64,000 nucleotides of DNA from Schmidtea polychroa (lineage: Eukaryota). The notes below the pieces were generated by a model. That model was given only the letters and a program-made list of their open reading frames with translations. It was not told where the DNA came from and did not search any database. The DNA lies in the NCBI GenBank assembly GCA_044892525.1, contig CM097885.1, forward strand, positions 3,906,001-3,970,000, written 5' to 3'. This document shows, piece after piece, positions 1-12,939 of the stretch. Each line of letters opens with the position of its first letter. Within the stretch, counting starts at the first letter, position 1. The translations under genes were made by a program, and so were the position numbers.

Positions 1-959
1 CTTCCCCCTTCAAAACCGAAGGTTAACAATTGAACCAAAATTTACAAATTTAGTGATAATTGCTGTTGGTGATCTCATCGGTCTCCAGTTTTTCATCTTG
101 ATGATATTTTTCCTATCTATATCTTCTGGATCTTCCACATATATTTCACCTTTTACTTCATAAAATATCGCGCTGTATTAAAGTTGCAATCTACATTTTT
201 GCATTTCTCCTCATATATAATAGTGGACTGTTTTGTTCGAGATACTTTATTGGTGGCTTTGAAATACGATTTGGTTTTCATTTGATAATTTGCTGCGTCG
301 AATTTTGCTTCGTATTCTTTTATCTCTACTGAATAGGTGTCGATAACTATTACTCTGGATACGGAGTCTTCTCGTAGGGGGTAGGTTCCTCCTTGACATG
401 CTTTTTTTGCTGAGTTAATTCTTCTACAGTTCGTTTGTTATCATTTGCAAAAAAAACATAGATTTTTCTCCCAACTCGCAACTTACCTTTAGAAATGGAG
501 CTTACTTGCTTATTGATTTTCAAAGACTGTGCACATTCCCAACAAGGAGGTTGGCATGGGTATATTGATGGTAAAAAAATCAAATTTTCATAAATGCCTT
601 TAAGTAAATCTATCAGCGACACTAGGACATTTTAACAACACAACGAACGAATCTGAGGTTCCAAAAAAATTTCTTATAACTTATATTTAAGATCCTGGTT
701 GTCTTATTTTCTATTTTTTTTAAAGCTTAAGGATATCAAGATAAATTTGGTAAGTAAAATTCATTCATTAAATTTATCAAATTTGTGAATTTAATTATTA
801 ATTAAATATTAATTATTAATTTACATGAAATGTTTTTTGTTTTAATAATATTGTATTTGAACATTTAGCTAATGAAAAAGTGAATAAATTTATGAAATGT
901 TACATTATTTAATGTGAAATCATTTCATTAGCTGTTAAAAAGATCTCATTACAAATGCA

Positions 960-1480
960 AATATTATTATCATTATTATATTAGCAATAATATTATTAGC
1001 AAATCGGACACGAGACCTTTAATTGATCCAAATTTCATGAAAGATGCAAAGCAAAAATTAATTAAAGCAAATCATTTATTGATTAAAAGAATGCGTAACA
1101 GAATTTGATAGAGTTTAGAAAGCACCGATTGCCCTCATCGCATCGACAGATCTCATTTTGGTAAACTTACCCAAACTGATGTGAAAGCAATTTGGACCAT
1201 TTTATCAGTATTGTTGTTGCGGATTGCATTGAAATGCCTCACAAATAGCCGGCGGAAGTGAAATGTTAAGGCATTAATATTTTTGATTTAAGGCAATTTT
1301 AGTATTGCATTTAGGTGCATTTTACTGCCATTCAATACAGCAATAATTTCTCCACAACTCATATAACATCAGCAGCAGCGATGTCGTTTTTCTCGTCGGT
1401 TCCATTCGTCATAGGAGCGCTTGATTTGTTGAGGCGATTTGTCAGCGCTTATATTCGGGTGGATTTTGATTGGATTATTT
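960..1480 (+). pseudogene. Ndc80/Hec1-like N-terminal CH-domain gene fragment (copy 1 of 6), with small introns, a frameshift and a stop
   Basis: Conceptual splicing gives KSD(T/P)RPLxDPNFMKDAKQKLIK|SLESTDCPHRID..KLTQTDVKAIW..VEMPHK*..|VHFTAIQYSNNFSTTHITS..SSVPFVIGALDLLRRFV. This resembles Ndc80 KDPRPLxD...FKDLGYP..LSKS...TWPHIVAALVWL. Recognised by eye. Confidence 0.55.
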
Positions 1481-1680
1481 CTTTCACATTAATTATTAAT
1501 TTAATTATAATAAATATAATGATAATATCGGATGGAAGGCGCGGGGGGGAGAATGACAATGATTATCTTAATAATTATCTCATATAATAAATCAATAATA
1601 ATAATAAGGCAAATAATAAATCAGATCAAAAGCCAAAATAAATCAATTTTTTATTGCAATGTTTTTTAAATTTATAAGAA

Positions 1681-3129
1681 TTATGCAATTCTGCACCTGA
1701 GCAGCAATTTATCATATTTGGCTGCTAATTGACGGATTGAGCGATCATTATCATAAATGCAAATCAGATTTATCGGACCCTCATCATAAATGCGAATTGG
1801 ATCATTTCTGCTCTTTGACGGTTTCCTCCATCCGGCTGCATCAGGGCAATCTGAATATTTCATTGACTTGCTCCTATAAATGCTGCCATTTGCTGGATCG
1901 ATCACATCGATTGTCACCGATTGATTGAACGGCCAATCCAATTGCTCATCATTTGCCCCACGCATCACACAGAAACCAACCTCAACCCCAAGACCCCCAA
2001 TCTCCACCGCCAAACACATTTTGTAACCGATTTGCCCGGAATAAAATGCCTCGCTGTAAATCCATTCATTTCTCTTTTGTTGTGAAAATTTATCGATTTC
2101 CCATTCAAAATATCCATAATTTATATATTTTTCACTTCCTAATTTTGTTTCAATCAGCCGGATTTCCTTGGCGCATTTCGCCATTTCAAGCTGCAACTGA
2201 ATCTCAAATTCAAATATTTCAATAAATCAATAAATCACTTTTTCATTCTCCCGTTGCAGCCGCTGCTCGCATTTCTCGTTAATCTCATCAATTTGCTGTT
2301 GACATTTTGATTCAATCACCTCAATTTGCTCTCTGATCTGCTTTGCATCAATAACAAATCAATAACAAATCAAATCAATAATCAAACTTGATTGATTGAT
2401 CCAATATTTGTCTCCATCTCCATTCTCAATGAGCGATTCTCATTCTTCACTGCCACCATTTCCTCATTCAATGCTTCTATTTCTGCTCTGTTCTCCGCCT
2501 CTTTCCTTTCAATATTGCCCAGTTTCACCTACAATCACAAATATCAATTAAATTAATTACAAATAAAATTTTACATTGATATTAATAATTTCCTCACGCA
2601 ATTTGGCATTCTCCTCTCTCATTGCCTGCATCTCATTGCACAAATTGCTGATCTGATCAATCAGTAATTTGCTATGACCTTCATTGTTCTCATTGAGATG
2701 TATTTTCATTTTGTCCTTCTCTACTTCATTCATTTCGCATCCAATTCTATTGAACGGGCATCTAATTGGCTGCTTGTTGCATGCCCTCATGTGGCTCTCC
2801 ATCACCTCTAATTCATCTTTGAATTGACAATTTTTCATTGGGCATTTCACTATCACTTCTGAAATCCGTAAATTGATCGCCTGATCTTCATAAACATCTT
2901 TAATAAAATTTATCATTTTCTTTCCACAATGCTTTGCTGCTCCTGGACAGAATTTATCGTTTCCAACCAAATAATGCTCAATGCAATCAGAACAAAAGCG
3001 ACAACCGCAAGGAGCATTGCAAGCCTTTATCATTAAACATTTGCAAATTCTGCATTTCAATTCACTGCTGATTTCATTATCAAATTCAAATTTATTTCTC
3101 TTCATCATTTCCCATACGCTTGCAAACAT
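1681..3129 (-). CDS. traf: TRAF-family protein copy 1 (RING + TRAF zinc finger + coiled coil + MATH), 4 coding exons, about 437 aa, apparently intact
   Basis: Exons 3129-2575, 2528-2388, 2340-2239, 2196-1681, joined by phase-0 GT-AG introns of 46, 47 and 42 nt; no stops. RING CRICKCLM..CGCRFCSDC..CP; ZnF CPFNRIGC..H; MATH FEWEIDKF..YSEAFY..GYKMCL..MRG..DEQLDWPF. Confidence 0.9.
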
Positions 3130-3328
3130 TTTATCTAAAATTAACAAAATTATCAAAATATTTCAACATTTTACAACATAAATCATAAATCATACTTATT
3201 ATATTGATTATTTCCTCTGACGTTTACAATTTCAATATTTATAATTTGTATTTTGATGTAGATAAACAAAGATTTTATAAATATTCGGAATATTATTAAT
3301 GTTAATTATCAGTGTTTTTCTCATTTAT

Positions 3329-6300
3329 TTATAAAATTATATTATAACAATCTTTCATTAGCTTTGATTCAAATGATTTACCTCTGTCACAGTTTATTAT
3401 CCTTGGTGCTCCAAACTTCATTATCCACTCTTCTTTCAGTAATCTTACCACTGTTTTTTCATCTTGCGATTTCACTGCATATAAAGAAATAAACTTACTA
3501 TGATGATCTATAATCCCAAGAATATATCTTTCTCCTTTCATTTCAAGTTTAATTGGATTCAAAAATCTATATAGATTGTTTCAAATAGTTTCGAGTCACT
3601 TTTGCAAATTATTTCTTTTTTTGTTTTAGTTGTATCAACCTTTCTTTTCTGACAGTTTTCACAGGATTGTACAACATTACGAATAGATTGCTCCAAATCT
3701 TTCATATCAAAATTGTTTGATACATACATTTTTACTTTATTAGTACCCGCGTGACAGAGCTTTTTATGATATTCTATGATGAATTCAGACTTGTTTTCTT
3801 CTGGAATCCAAATTTTATTATTATTTGTCATAATCACTCCGTTGAAATATTTAAAAAAATGTTTTATCTGGCATCAAATTATTATTTTCTTTTATATTTT
3901 TTATTTCTTTCGAGTTCTTTTGTCATATATTTTCAATATTATCAGTCATCAGTGTCAAAAATCTTGTTTCTAATTTACCCATTTTAGAATTTTCATGAAT
4001 CATTTGCAATTGAACACATGTTTCACATTCTTTTCTAGATTAAGCGTCGGCATTATTGTGGTTATCACCTTTTCTGTATTGAATCTCCATGTCCAGACCA
4101 TTAAGATGGTTTATCCAAGTTTGAAATTATGGGGTAATAGCTTTCTTTGTCTTCATCATAAATGTAATGGCTTTGTGATCCGTCCTCAAAATAAACTTTT
4201 TACCATATAGATAATGCTTAAAATCACCAGTAAAATAAAATATAGATAGTAATTCCTTTCTTGTTATACAATAACCCAACTCATGTTTATTCATAGCTTG
4301 GCATCTATATGCGATTACTCTTTCTTTACTTCCATCTTTTTGAGACAGAACAGCACCAATGCGGTCAAAACTTGCATCTGTATCTCAAATGAATGGCTTC
4401 GAAAATTCTGGGAACTTCAATACAGGTGTAGATGTCAATTTCAGTTTTAAATTTTGAAATGAAGCTTCACACTCATCATTCCACATCAGCTTCTTTTGTT
4501 TACTTCCACATAACGCTTCTAATACTTTGAAATCTTTGGTGTAATTTTCTATAAATCTGCGATAGTAATTTGCCAAGCCTAAAAATCCTCTCAAACTTCT
4601 TACGCATTTAGGTCTTTCAAAATGTTTAATAGTTTCAATCTTGCTTTCATCCGTACGTATTTGATCTTCACCAATGATATGACCCAAAAATTTTACTTCT
4701 TTCCTTTTGAATTGACATTTTTCTGGACTTATTTTAAGATTTGCTAATTTAATCTTTTGAAAAACCTTTTCAATGGTACTATAATGTTCATTCAATGTCT
4801 TTGAAAATATAAGGATATCATCCAGATATACAATTGTTCCATTCCAATTTTATTCTCCAAGAACCAAATTCATAAGTCTTTGAAATGTTGCTGGTGCAGC
4901 TGCTATTCAAATGGAATTCTGTTAAAGTAATATTGCTTGCTTTTTGTCGAAAATGCTGTTTTCAATTTTGATGCATCATCGAGTTCTACTTGATAATAAG
5001 CATTGCCTAAATCAATTGTCGTGAAAATCTTTGCTCCGTCAAGAATATCTAATAATTCATCAGTATTTGGAATGGGAAAAATCGGTCTTTCGGTTATATT
5101 ATTTAAAGCATGGTAGTCCAAGCATATTCTTATATCACTACTGTTTTTCTTTTTAACACATACTAATAGAGAATTCCAAGGAGATGTACATTCTGATATA
5201 ATGCCATATTTCAACATTTCTTGAATATTTTCTTCAATTTTTTCTATTAAATGTATAGGTTGTGGCCTTGGGTTTATTACAATCGGACTACCTTTAGTAA
5301 GTATTTCATGCTTTAATAGTTCGGTTTTCCCAACATCCCATTTATGTTTCATAAAAATACCGTCAAACGTGGAAATTAAATTATTTATTATCTTATCTTC
5401 ACTTATGTGGTTATTAAATATATTTTCCATAATTGCATTTATTTTGTTTGTACGGTTTTCTATTTGCAATTGCATTCCAAATCTTTCGAGAAAATCTATA
5501 CCTCCTATTAACTTTGGGTTTATATTTTTGGCTACAACGAATTATACTTTTTTAATACCAGAAATTTTATCAACTTTTACATTTAATAAAGTTTTACCGC
5601 AAATTGCAATCGGGCTATCATTCGCATTTTTTTTTAAATTACTTGTAGTCATATTCAAATTTCCAAGTTTTTTAAAAATATTATAATCAATCACACTTAT
5701 TTTACCTCCAGTATCTAATAGGCATACTAATTTTACATTATTAATCATCACGGTAACACTGGGCCCTCTCTGCATTTTATCATATACTATTATATCATTC
5801 CGTTTATCACGATTAAGAACATTTATTTCATTAGAAGTTAGAGGTGGGTCTTTAAAAACTTCATCCATACAAAATTTATTAATGTATATATAAATATAAT
5901 TTCTATAATCAAAAACACCATCACAACAGTTATCATCCAAACTATCACAATCATTCAAAATCATAGAAGCCTTACTCATATCATTAATTACCTTTAATTT
6001 ATTGCTCCGATCGCCTCCTCGTGTGGTGAAGCATTCCCATTTGGGTACTCAAAATCAGCCTCTGGATCTTCGTCACCGAATGCAGCCACTGATTTATGGA
6101 ATTTTCGACATCTGTCTGGAAATAACTAATGGCACTGATGTTTGAAATGTCCAGATCTTTTACAATGGGCACATTGAATATTGGGGCATTCAGATCTTCT
6201 ATGACCTTCTTCGTGGCACGCCCAACATCGCAAAATTTGATTTGTTCGGACATGATCTCTCGAATGAAATTCCCTGGTATTATAAGGCTTACTTCTATTC

Positions 6301-6494
6301 ATAGTTTTCCATCCATTTGAAATAGCATATCGATGTTTTCTGGTAAGATCGCCATTGAATCTTGGATTATGTTGAGGTTCTCTTGTATATTCATCTTTGA
6401 ATCTGTGATTAGCTTCTCGTTCTCGATTTGATCTGTTATCATAACTATATCTTGATGAAAGCTTCAGCTTAACATTTGATGAGTGGGCGTCCAT
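3329..6494 (-). mobile_element. Ty3/gypsy LTR retrotransposon internal region (gag-pro-RT-RNaseH-integrase), frameshifted and truncated at both ends
   Basis: Gag knuckles CWACHEEGHRRSEC and CAHCKRSGHFKHQC; protease LLDTGG; RT IDLGNAYYQV and YLDDI-region; RNaseH FLGLANYYRRFI; integrase HKKLCHAG..CENCQ and DHHSKF..DRGKSF, in gypsy order. Confidence 0.92.
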
Positions 6495-6529
6495 AAAAAA
6501 CAGAAGATATATAAATATAAATGTTCATT

Positions 6530-6891
6530 CTGCTTGCAAAATATTTTGGAACCTCGGACTGACTCCTATACATGGCTCACTACCAGCTGAAAAGTGTGTT
6601 GAACTTGTAGATAAAAAGCTAGTAGATAATGGCCTTTCTTTAAATGAAAACATTGTTTGTATAACGACAGATGGAGCGTCAGTTATGACTAAAGTAGGAA
6701 GATTAATAAATGCAAAACAGCAACTTTGTTTCGCACATGGCATACAATTAGCCGTCATCAAAGTACTTTATCAATTTATTTTGAGATTTATTAATTTTTG
6801 AAATACCGGTATTGATACTGGGATCCAGGTACCAATAAATGTCAATACCGAAATACCGGTATTGTTTTTTTTTGTTTTTTTGCAATCCCTA
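6530..6891 (+). mobile_element. hAT transposon remnant (transposase fragment plus right end)
   Basis: + frame reads NIVCITTDGASVMTKVG..QQLCFAHGIQLAV (hAT DGA and CxxH motifs). Ends in GCAATCCCTA, the reverse complement of a TAGGG-type hAT terminal repeat. Confidence 0.7.
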
Positions 6892-7270
6892 GTTGTGGAG
6901 AAATTAATGCTGTATTGAATGGCAGTAAAATGCACCTAAATGCAATACTAAAATTGCCTTATATCAAATTGAATAATGCCTTAACATTTCACCTCCGCCA
7001 GCTATTTGTGAGGCATTTCAACGCAATCCACAACAACAATACTGATAAAATGTTCCAAAATTGCTTTCATATCAGTTTGGGTAAGTTTACCAAAATGAGA
7101 GCTGTCGATGCGATGAGGGCAATCGGTGTTTTCTAAACTCTATCAAATTCTGTTACGCATTCATTTAATCATTAAATGAATCACTTTAATTAATTTTTGC
7201 TTTGAATCTTTCATGAAATTTGGATCTCTTAAAGGTCTCCTGTCGGATTTACTAATAATATTATTACCCA
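6892..7270 (-). pseudogene. Inverted partial copy of the Ndc80-like fragment
   Basis: Reverse complement of the 32660-33040 segment, including the same junction to a non-LTR RT fragment. Confidence 0.6.
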
Positions 7271-7985
7271 TTACTCCTTCCTTTCTCTTTGAATCTAGTA
7301 TCATGTGATTTATTTCACAATTGCGCAAGGTGAACATTAGACGTGAGTGTATAAAGATTTTATAGGCTGAGATTTCTTTTGCTGGGTGTAGGTGTGATTA
7401 GAAGACCTTTATAGTGTCTATGAGTGCTTGTTCTAGGCTTCCGTCTATATTATGTCTATGTTTATAAGATAAACCGACTCCTCAATATATATAAATATTC
7501 GAGCCGTTTATAATCGGTAGTTTTTCATTGTATAGTTCCGTAGGGCATTCGTTTTCATTGAGTGAGAAATATCCTGATTTTGATGGTTTAAAATTAACAT
7601 TTACTTTTGTGCAAGGTTAACTGTTTCTGTCAGTGCTTTTTAATTGATATTTAAGAGAGAGATGCTGGTACGATATCGCCTGCCTTAGCTAATATGCTGA
7701 TTTTATGTCCATGGAAAAGAAAAGGATGATCTCCTAGGATTTATTTAGTATAAAATCAATTGCTAACCAAAAATAAGTCATAGATATTGGGCAACCTTGT
7801 TTAACCCCCTTTATAAAAGGTACTGGAGATGATTTTTCTCCTTCACATTCAAAGAAGGTTTTTACGCCATTATACATATCTTTAGTTAGATTTACGGTTT
7901 TGTCGATAAGACCCATTTCTGTTAAATTGTGCCATATGAGGTCATGTTTGATGGACCCGAAGGCGTCTGAAATATCCAAATACGG
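7270..7985 (-). mobile_element. Degenerate fragment of a third NeSL-like non-LTR family (RT core)
   Basis: LDISDAFGSIKHDLIW..KGVKQGCPISMT is homologous to the RTs at 20056-22197 and 25308-28412. Near-identical pieces occur at 32272-32660 and 36100-36560. Confidence 0.85.
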
Positions 7986-7989
7986 TCTT

Positions 7990-8372
7990 GCCAACTTTCG
8001 CTGTAAGTGATGCTTCATTATCAATTCATAAGGTTCCTGATCGGAACGCATCCTGGTAATCCTCGTGCTGTATCGGTACAGGCCGCCTGGGCATTGATGT
8101 GGCTGACAGAAAGCTGAATAGCGGTGATTTCCACAATAATACTCAAACGCAGTTCTCTGCACTTTGCATTCCTTTATTGTTGTTCAATAAAATTCACTTT
8201 CTTAGTAGACATAAAAGATAGCATTTTCTGCTAAATGTATGCTCGCTGGATACGCTTCCTTGCACTCAATTGCATCAACTGATGAGCATATTCGAGTTAC
8301 CTTTGTGTCATGACAGTCAAACGCTGTCAATATGCCCATCATTACTAGGAACATTAGCATCATGCTTGTCAT
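7990..8372 (-). pseudogene. env-like viral glycoprotein N-terminal fragment (chuvirus-G / class III fusogen-like), with stops
   Basis: MTSMMLMFLVMMGILTAFDCHD..CSSVDAIEC..FYVY*E..ECKVQRTAFEYYCGNH: signal-like hydrophobic start, xFDC motif and C..R...YYCGxH motif. Homologous to 10200-10664. Confidence 0.55.
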
Positions 8373-8974
8373 ATTTCTCGTTCCTGCATTTCCGAATACT
8401 TTCTACGAATTCATAACTTCGGTTCTGGGTGAATTACATCATCCCAAAACTTATTTGCCGTCATCCTCGAGGTAACAGACCACTATTTCCACCTTTTGAT
8501 CTATTTTTCGATTTATGAGTTTAGTATCATTATTGATACTGATGTCAATACCTTCCCTCTTGTTAATCCTTGCTGCACGAATGCCTTTATTACATTTTGA
8601 ATTGCTCCCACTGGAGTATTTTTTGGTAATTTATCCATTCTCTTTCTGATTGATGCGGTTATTTTATGAACTGCAATTTCCTTTTTCATCGTCATTGCCA
8701 TAACAACAACATAACATTTTTCTGCTACCGTTTCCTCCCTTGCCTGCTCGTCTACCTCTTGGCTATCTCTGCTAAGGTTTTCATTTGATCTTTTCTGGGA
8801 CGCCTCGCTAAACTTTCTTTGGTTTCATGGGAGGTTTTACTGGATCCGGGTTTCTAGTGCTTGTGATGCGGTTGGGCAAATTGATATAAACCGAAGCTAT
8901 TTAGTTGATAGAAAAGTGATATAAAATTGTTGGAATTCAAAAATCGAATGGCTGTGAAGGATTTGCCTGACATT

Positions 8975-9398
8975 GCAGGAGGAATCTGCGGAACATTGTA
9001 AAGCCATTCAGTATCTAACGGATCAAGTTGGTCATGATCGCGATGTCAATGAATACATGGATCAGAAACTCATCGAGATAAAGGCAGGCTTCAAGAATCA
9101 ATAAGTCCCAAAGGTGTGGAAGCGATTTGAGGAAAAGAAAAGCACATTTGAGGAGACAAGTCAATTCTATGAAGCTGATATTGATTGGAAGCAAGATTGT
9201 GCTGACATTCAGCTGCAAAACCTCCAGGAAAGTCATGATTTTAAAGAATCAGTAATGAAAGGGGGAAAAGCGGCATTCTGTGAAGGAGAAAAAGAAAATA
9301 GTAAACCATTTGAAGCTGGCCTAGAAAAGCGCAAGAGAGAATTGATGAAACATTTTACCAAAGAACTTGCAGTAATCGATGAAAACTTTAAATTTTGA
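8975..9398 (+). pseudogene. Unidentified helical-protein reading frame with one internal stop
   Basis: About 140 coding-like codons (QEESAEHCKAIQYL..NQ*VPKVWKRFEEKK..DENFKF*); no motif recognised. Confidence 0.25.
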
Positions 9399-9949
9399 TT
9401 TTGTTATTGATGTTACTTTGTTATAATCATTAATTCATGTTTTTATTTTTGGTGTTTTATCCTTTGCTGAAGCCTTTTTTTATTTTATTCACTCAGATTT
9501 ATTTACAATCTTTTTAATTAGAAATTGTATATAAAATGTTTATTTAGGGGGTTAATAGCGAGTAATTTAATGAGATCATGATGTAAATGGTTTAGAAACA
9601 AAAACGTGCTGCTATCTAATCATAATTTCTAGTCAAAGTTTGTATAAAAGAAAAGCTGGTAAACAAACAAATATATTAATAGTTTTATATATAAAATTCT
9701 TAATTTTTGATTTTAAATATATCATTAATAAACTACTGATAAATTGTCAATATTATATATTGATTTTATTATATAATATTTTATATTGGCAAATAAGCAT
9801 TAAGAGTTAGGAAAGAGAGACGTACACAACAACAATAAGATAACGATTGAATATCGTAATTATAAATACAAAGTTAAAAGTAGTAATTTAACACCGCACT
9901 ACAGTGATATTTGCTTTCTGGGTTCCCAATTTCCATTGGTGTTAGCCAT

Positions 9950-12090
9950 TGCTGTTTATGCCGGTTTCTAGATTAACTTATATATTCTCCATTATGTTTC
10001 GTATTCTTTCTACTTGCTCTTTGTTAGCTAATTGTTCTTGTTGACTTTCTTGTCTGTGTCCTCTCCTTTCTGTCGTTTTTTATTAGAATTTTCTATAGCT
10101 TTGTCCTTGTCGTCTCGATTTCCTTTCCTTGCTTCTGCATTGGGATATCTGTGGCCCTCTGGCTTGGCCTTTCTCCATATGCATGCTATGCACCTTGGTT
10201 GCGGTTTATATGGCTGAAAAATGCGGTAATCACAACATTGATCTTCTGTAAAATCTGGTGCGGTGCTCGATATCTTTATCATCCCGGTTTGTCCTTGGAC
10301 TATTACTCCGCCATTCATCCTCAATTCTCCCGATCTAAAGAATTCGTTGCAGCCTTCTCCCGAAGCGTTAATTATTTCTCGTGCGATGTGTGGGAATGAG
10401 CTACACAATGGTATGCTAAATTCCGTTTGGTTATCATGCATTCCCTGGCTTGTGCTCGTTTTATATCGGATTCCACTTGGTATATGTAATACGTTTTCTT
10501 GCACTCCATTAGTCCCAGTTTGCTTGGTGTGGCTTGTTTGCATTTCTCGATATCTCTCAACTCTCAATTGAACATCTTTTCCGCATGGCTGATTTATCAC
10601 AATGGAATGCTAGAAATGCCGATGCTCCGTTGGAACATAGCATCCATATCATCATGGTCATCATTAATGAGTTGATCGCCGCTTTCACACTTCCCACGTC
10701 TTTTGTTGGTAACTCGAATTCTAATTGATTTAGCAGCTTCCTCTAATCTCATTTATCTTGGCCACCTTTCTCTGGTGCTGTATAAATCGTTTTCATCCTC
10801 CGGTACGCATAATGTCGGGTTCAATTTTCATTGCGATGATGGCGGCTGTCATTTGCAATTGGTTTATAAATTGTTTGTTGGGTATTTGAGGGCTGATAAT
10901 CCCATCAGCTTATTCATTAAGGAGGGTTATTGCTACCAAGCAATGTTCGCCGTTGTCATCTAGCCCTAGTGGTGCTATTACTCGTTTTGTGGTTTTATTT
11001 CTCTCTTTTATCAATTTTAGGATTATTACTGATACCGTGTTCCATAACTGTTTGGTGTCGTTACTTGCTTGTTTTCGCTGCGCAATCTTCGTAATTGTGA
11101 GTTTGTTATTATAATGATATCCATCAACAACTCCCGTAGCCATCTGGTCCCTTGTGCTGGTTTTATCTCATAGGATATTTCTCCCAGCTTTTCTAATCTT
11201 ATTTTCCATTGCTCTAGTTTTAACTGGTCTCTTGTTTTGGTTTCGGGCTTTTCTCCTTGATATATGTTCTCGGTGTGACCTCTCCGTCCACATCTGTTAC
11301 TAGCTACATATCGGAAGCAGTCTCTATCCCAATGGCAGGCTTTTCCACATGTTCTGCATTGCTTATTGTTGTTCATTCCGTTACAATTCGAAGAATTATT
11401 TCTTGTTTCCGTTTATATTATTATTATTAGTATTGTTATTATTGTTCATCTCGGGTCTTCTTTATTGCGCCTTAAATATTTGATGCGCTCCAGGTATGAA
11501 TTGTTTCCCTTTGAGGCCATTATTGTTGTTCTTATTGTCATGCTTTGTTGTCACCGTGGCTATCATTCCTTCCTCTTGCATCACATTCATTTTTGCAGCG
11601 GAATGTAGCTCGCATATGACTGGCCTCTTCTAATGTTTTATACATTTGGCATCTCACTGATGCTCGTATTTCTTCCCTTCACAAAAAAATTACAATAAAT
11701 ATCCGATTAAATTTTCCTCCTGTAATTTTCCATCCAAAGCTTTCTTTGCTAATCTCCTTAATTCACTTGCAAATAACGTCAATGATTCATTCGGTCTCTG
11801 CTTCCTTGCTGACAGTTCGCTTAACGCTTGGTTGATTAGTTTGCTGGCCTCAAAAGTTGATTTCCCATTTATTTAAGTCGAATTTCCGCTCTTCTAGTGC
11901 ACTATTGCACAGAAATAGTGGCAATCGTTACATGGTGGCTTCCGATGTCCCTCCGCATACCGTGATATGCACTTCATAATTTCTCAGGGAAATAGCGAGC
12001 TTATTCGCACTTCCAATAATTTGTTCGCCTCGAAATTTCTATTTATACTTTTCACATCGGTTCGCTGGTACATTTGTGTCGGCCATGGTT
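9950..12090 (-). mobile_element. Internally deleted env-bearing LTR retrotransposon (gag, integrase pieces, env-like gene)
   Basis: Gag KQRPNESLTLFASELRRLAKK and knuckles CRTCGKACHWDRDC / RCGRRGH; integrase-like fragment 10910-11143; env-like MMTMMIWMLCSNGASAFLAFHCD..ECMITKRNLAYHCVAHSHTS starting at 10664. Confidence 0.7.
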
Positions 12091-12193
12091 GTTTTTTTTT
12101 ATTTTTACTAATTCTATATCTGTTATTAGCACCGTCCGTAAATATATTCGTGTTTTTATTATAGTGTTTAAAAATTAATATTTCTAGTTATAA

Positions 12194-12600
12194 TTGTAGT
12201 GAGGCGTTACACGGCCTTAACAATATCTATATACCTATTATACTATATCATATTATATTATATTATATCTATAAATGCGCGGTGACCAGCGAATAAGGAC
12301 CAAGCAGAACACAATTACAGTCAATCAAAATTCGTGCGATCAGCAAATACTTCTACTTATCAATCAGGCTCTATTAATCAATCTCAGGCGAGTAAAGCAA
12401 ATTCGATGCCATGTTATCATTATCAAGATAAACTGTATTCGGCTCCCAATAGTTTTAGTGTTGGCTCTCATAGACCAACACCCTCATCCATTACAATTCG
12501 CGAAATACGTAACAAATCCTAACAATAATATGAACCCGAATAGATCTTTTTATCAAACCACCACACGTCTTTACAAATTCTGATCAATGTGATTATGCAA
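12194..12600 (+). repeat. About 400-bp dispersed repeat starting TGTAGTGAG; inverted copy at about 50630-50998
   Basis: Direct alignment by eye; homology starts sharply at TG. Possibly an LTR-like end. Confidence 0.7.
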
Positions 12601-12939
12601 AAAAAGGACCAGAACGGCAAAGGATATACATTTCCTCAAATATTGTATGCGAATGACAATGGTCAAATTGGTTCATGGACAAATCGGCAGGCTGTAAAAT
12701 CTTTAGAAATAATCGGACTATATGAAATTATTATTTTTAGTTAACATTTTGTAAATGAGAAATGGCTGTTGAATATGTTTATCTGGTCTGATTATATTTA
12801 CATTTTTTATGTAGTTTCTATTATATATTTTTGTTTTACTTATATATGAAAACTTTGTAATTCAAATTAAAAATTTTGGTAATTTAAATAAAAACTGACA
12901 TTAACTCTTTATGATTTATTTTATAAGTTTTCAATTTTA

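Noticed and set aside
1-622. ORF 350-622 and a possible non-LTR RT remnant (KNWRP)
   Set aside because: Too short and broken to assign; cut by the window edge.
1315-1587. Recurrent ORF MHFTAIQYSNNF.. as a standalone small membrane protein
   Set aside because: It starts at a GTG just after a splice acceptor, and its hydrophobic tail is translated intron-like AT-rich DNA. It is better explained as an exon of the Ndc80-like pseudogene.
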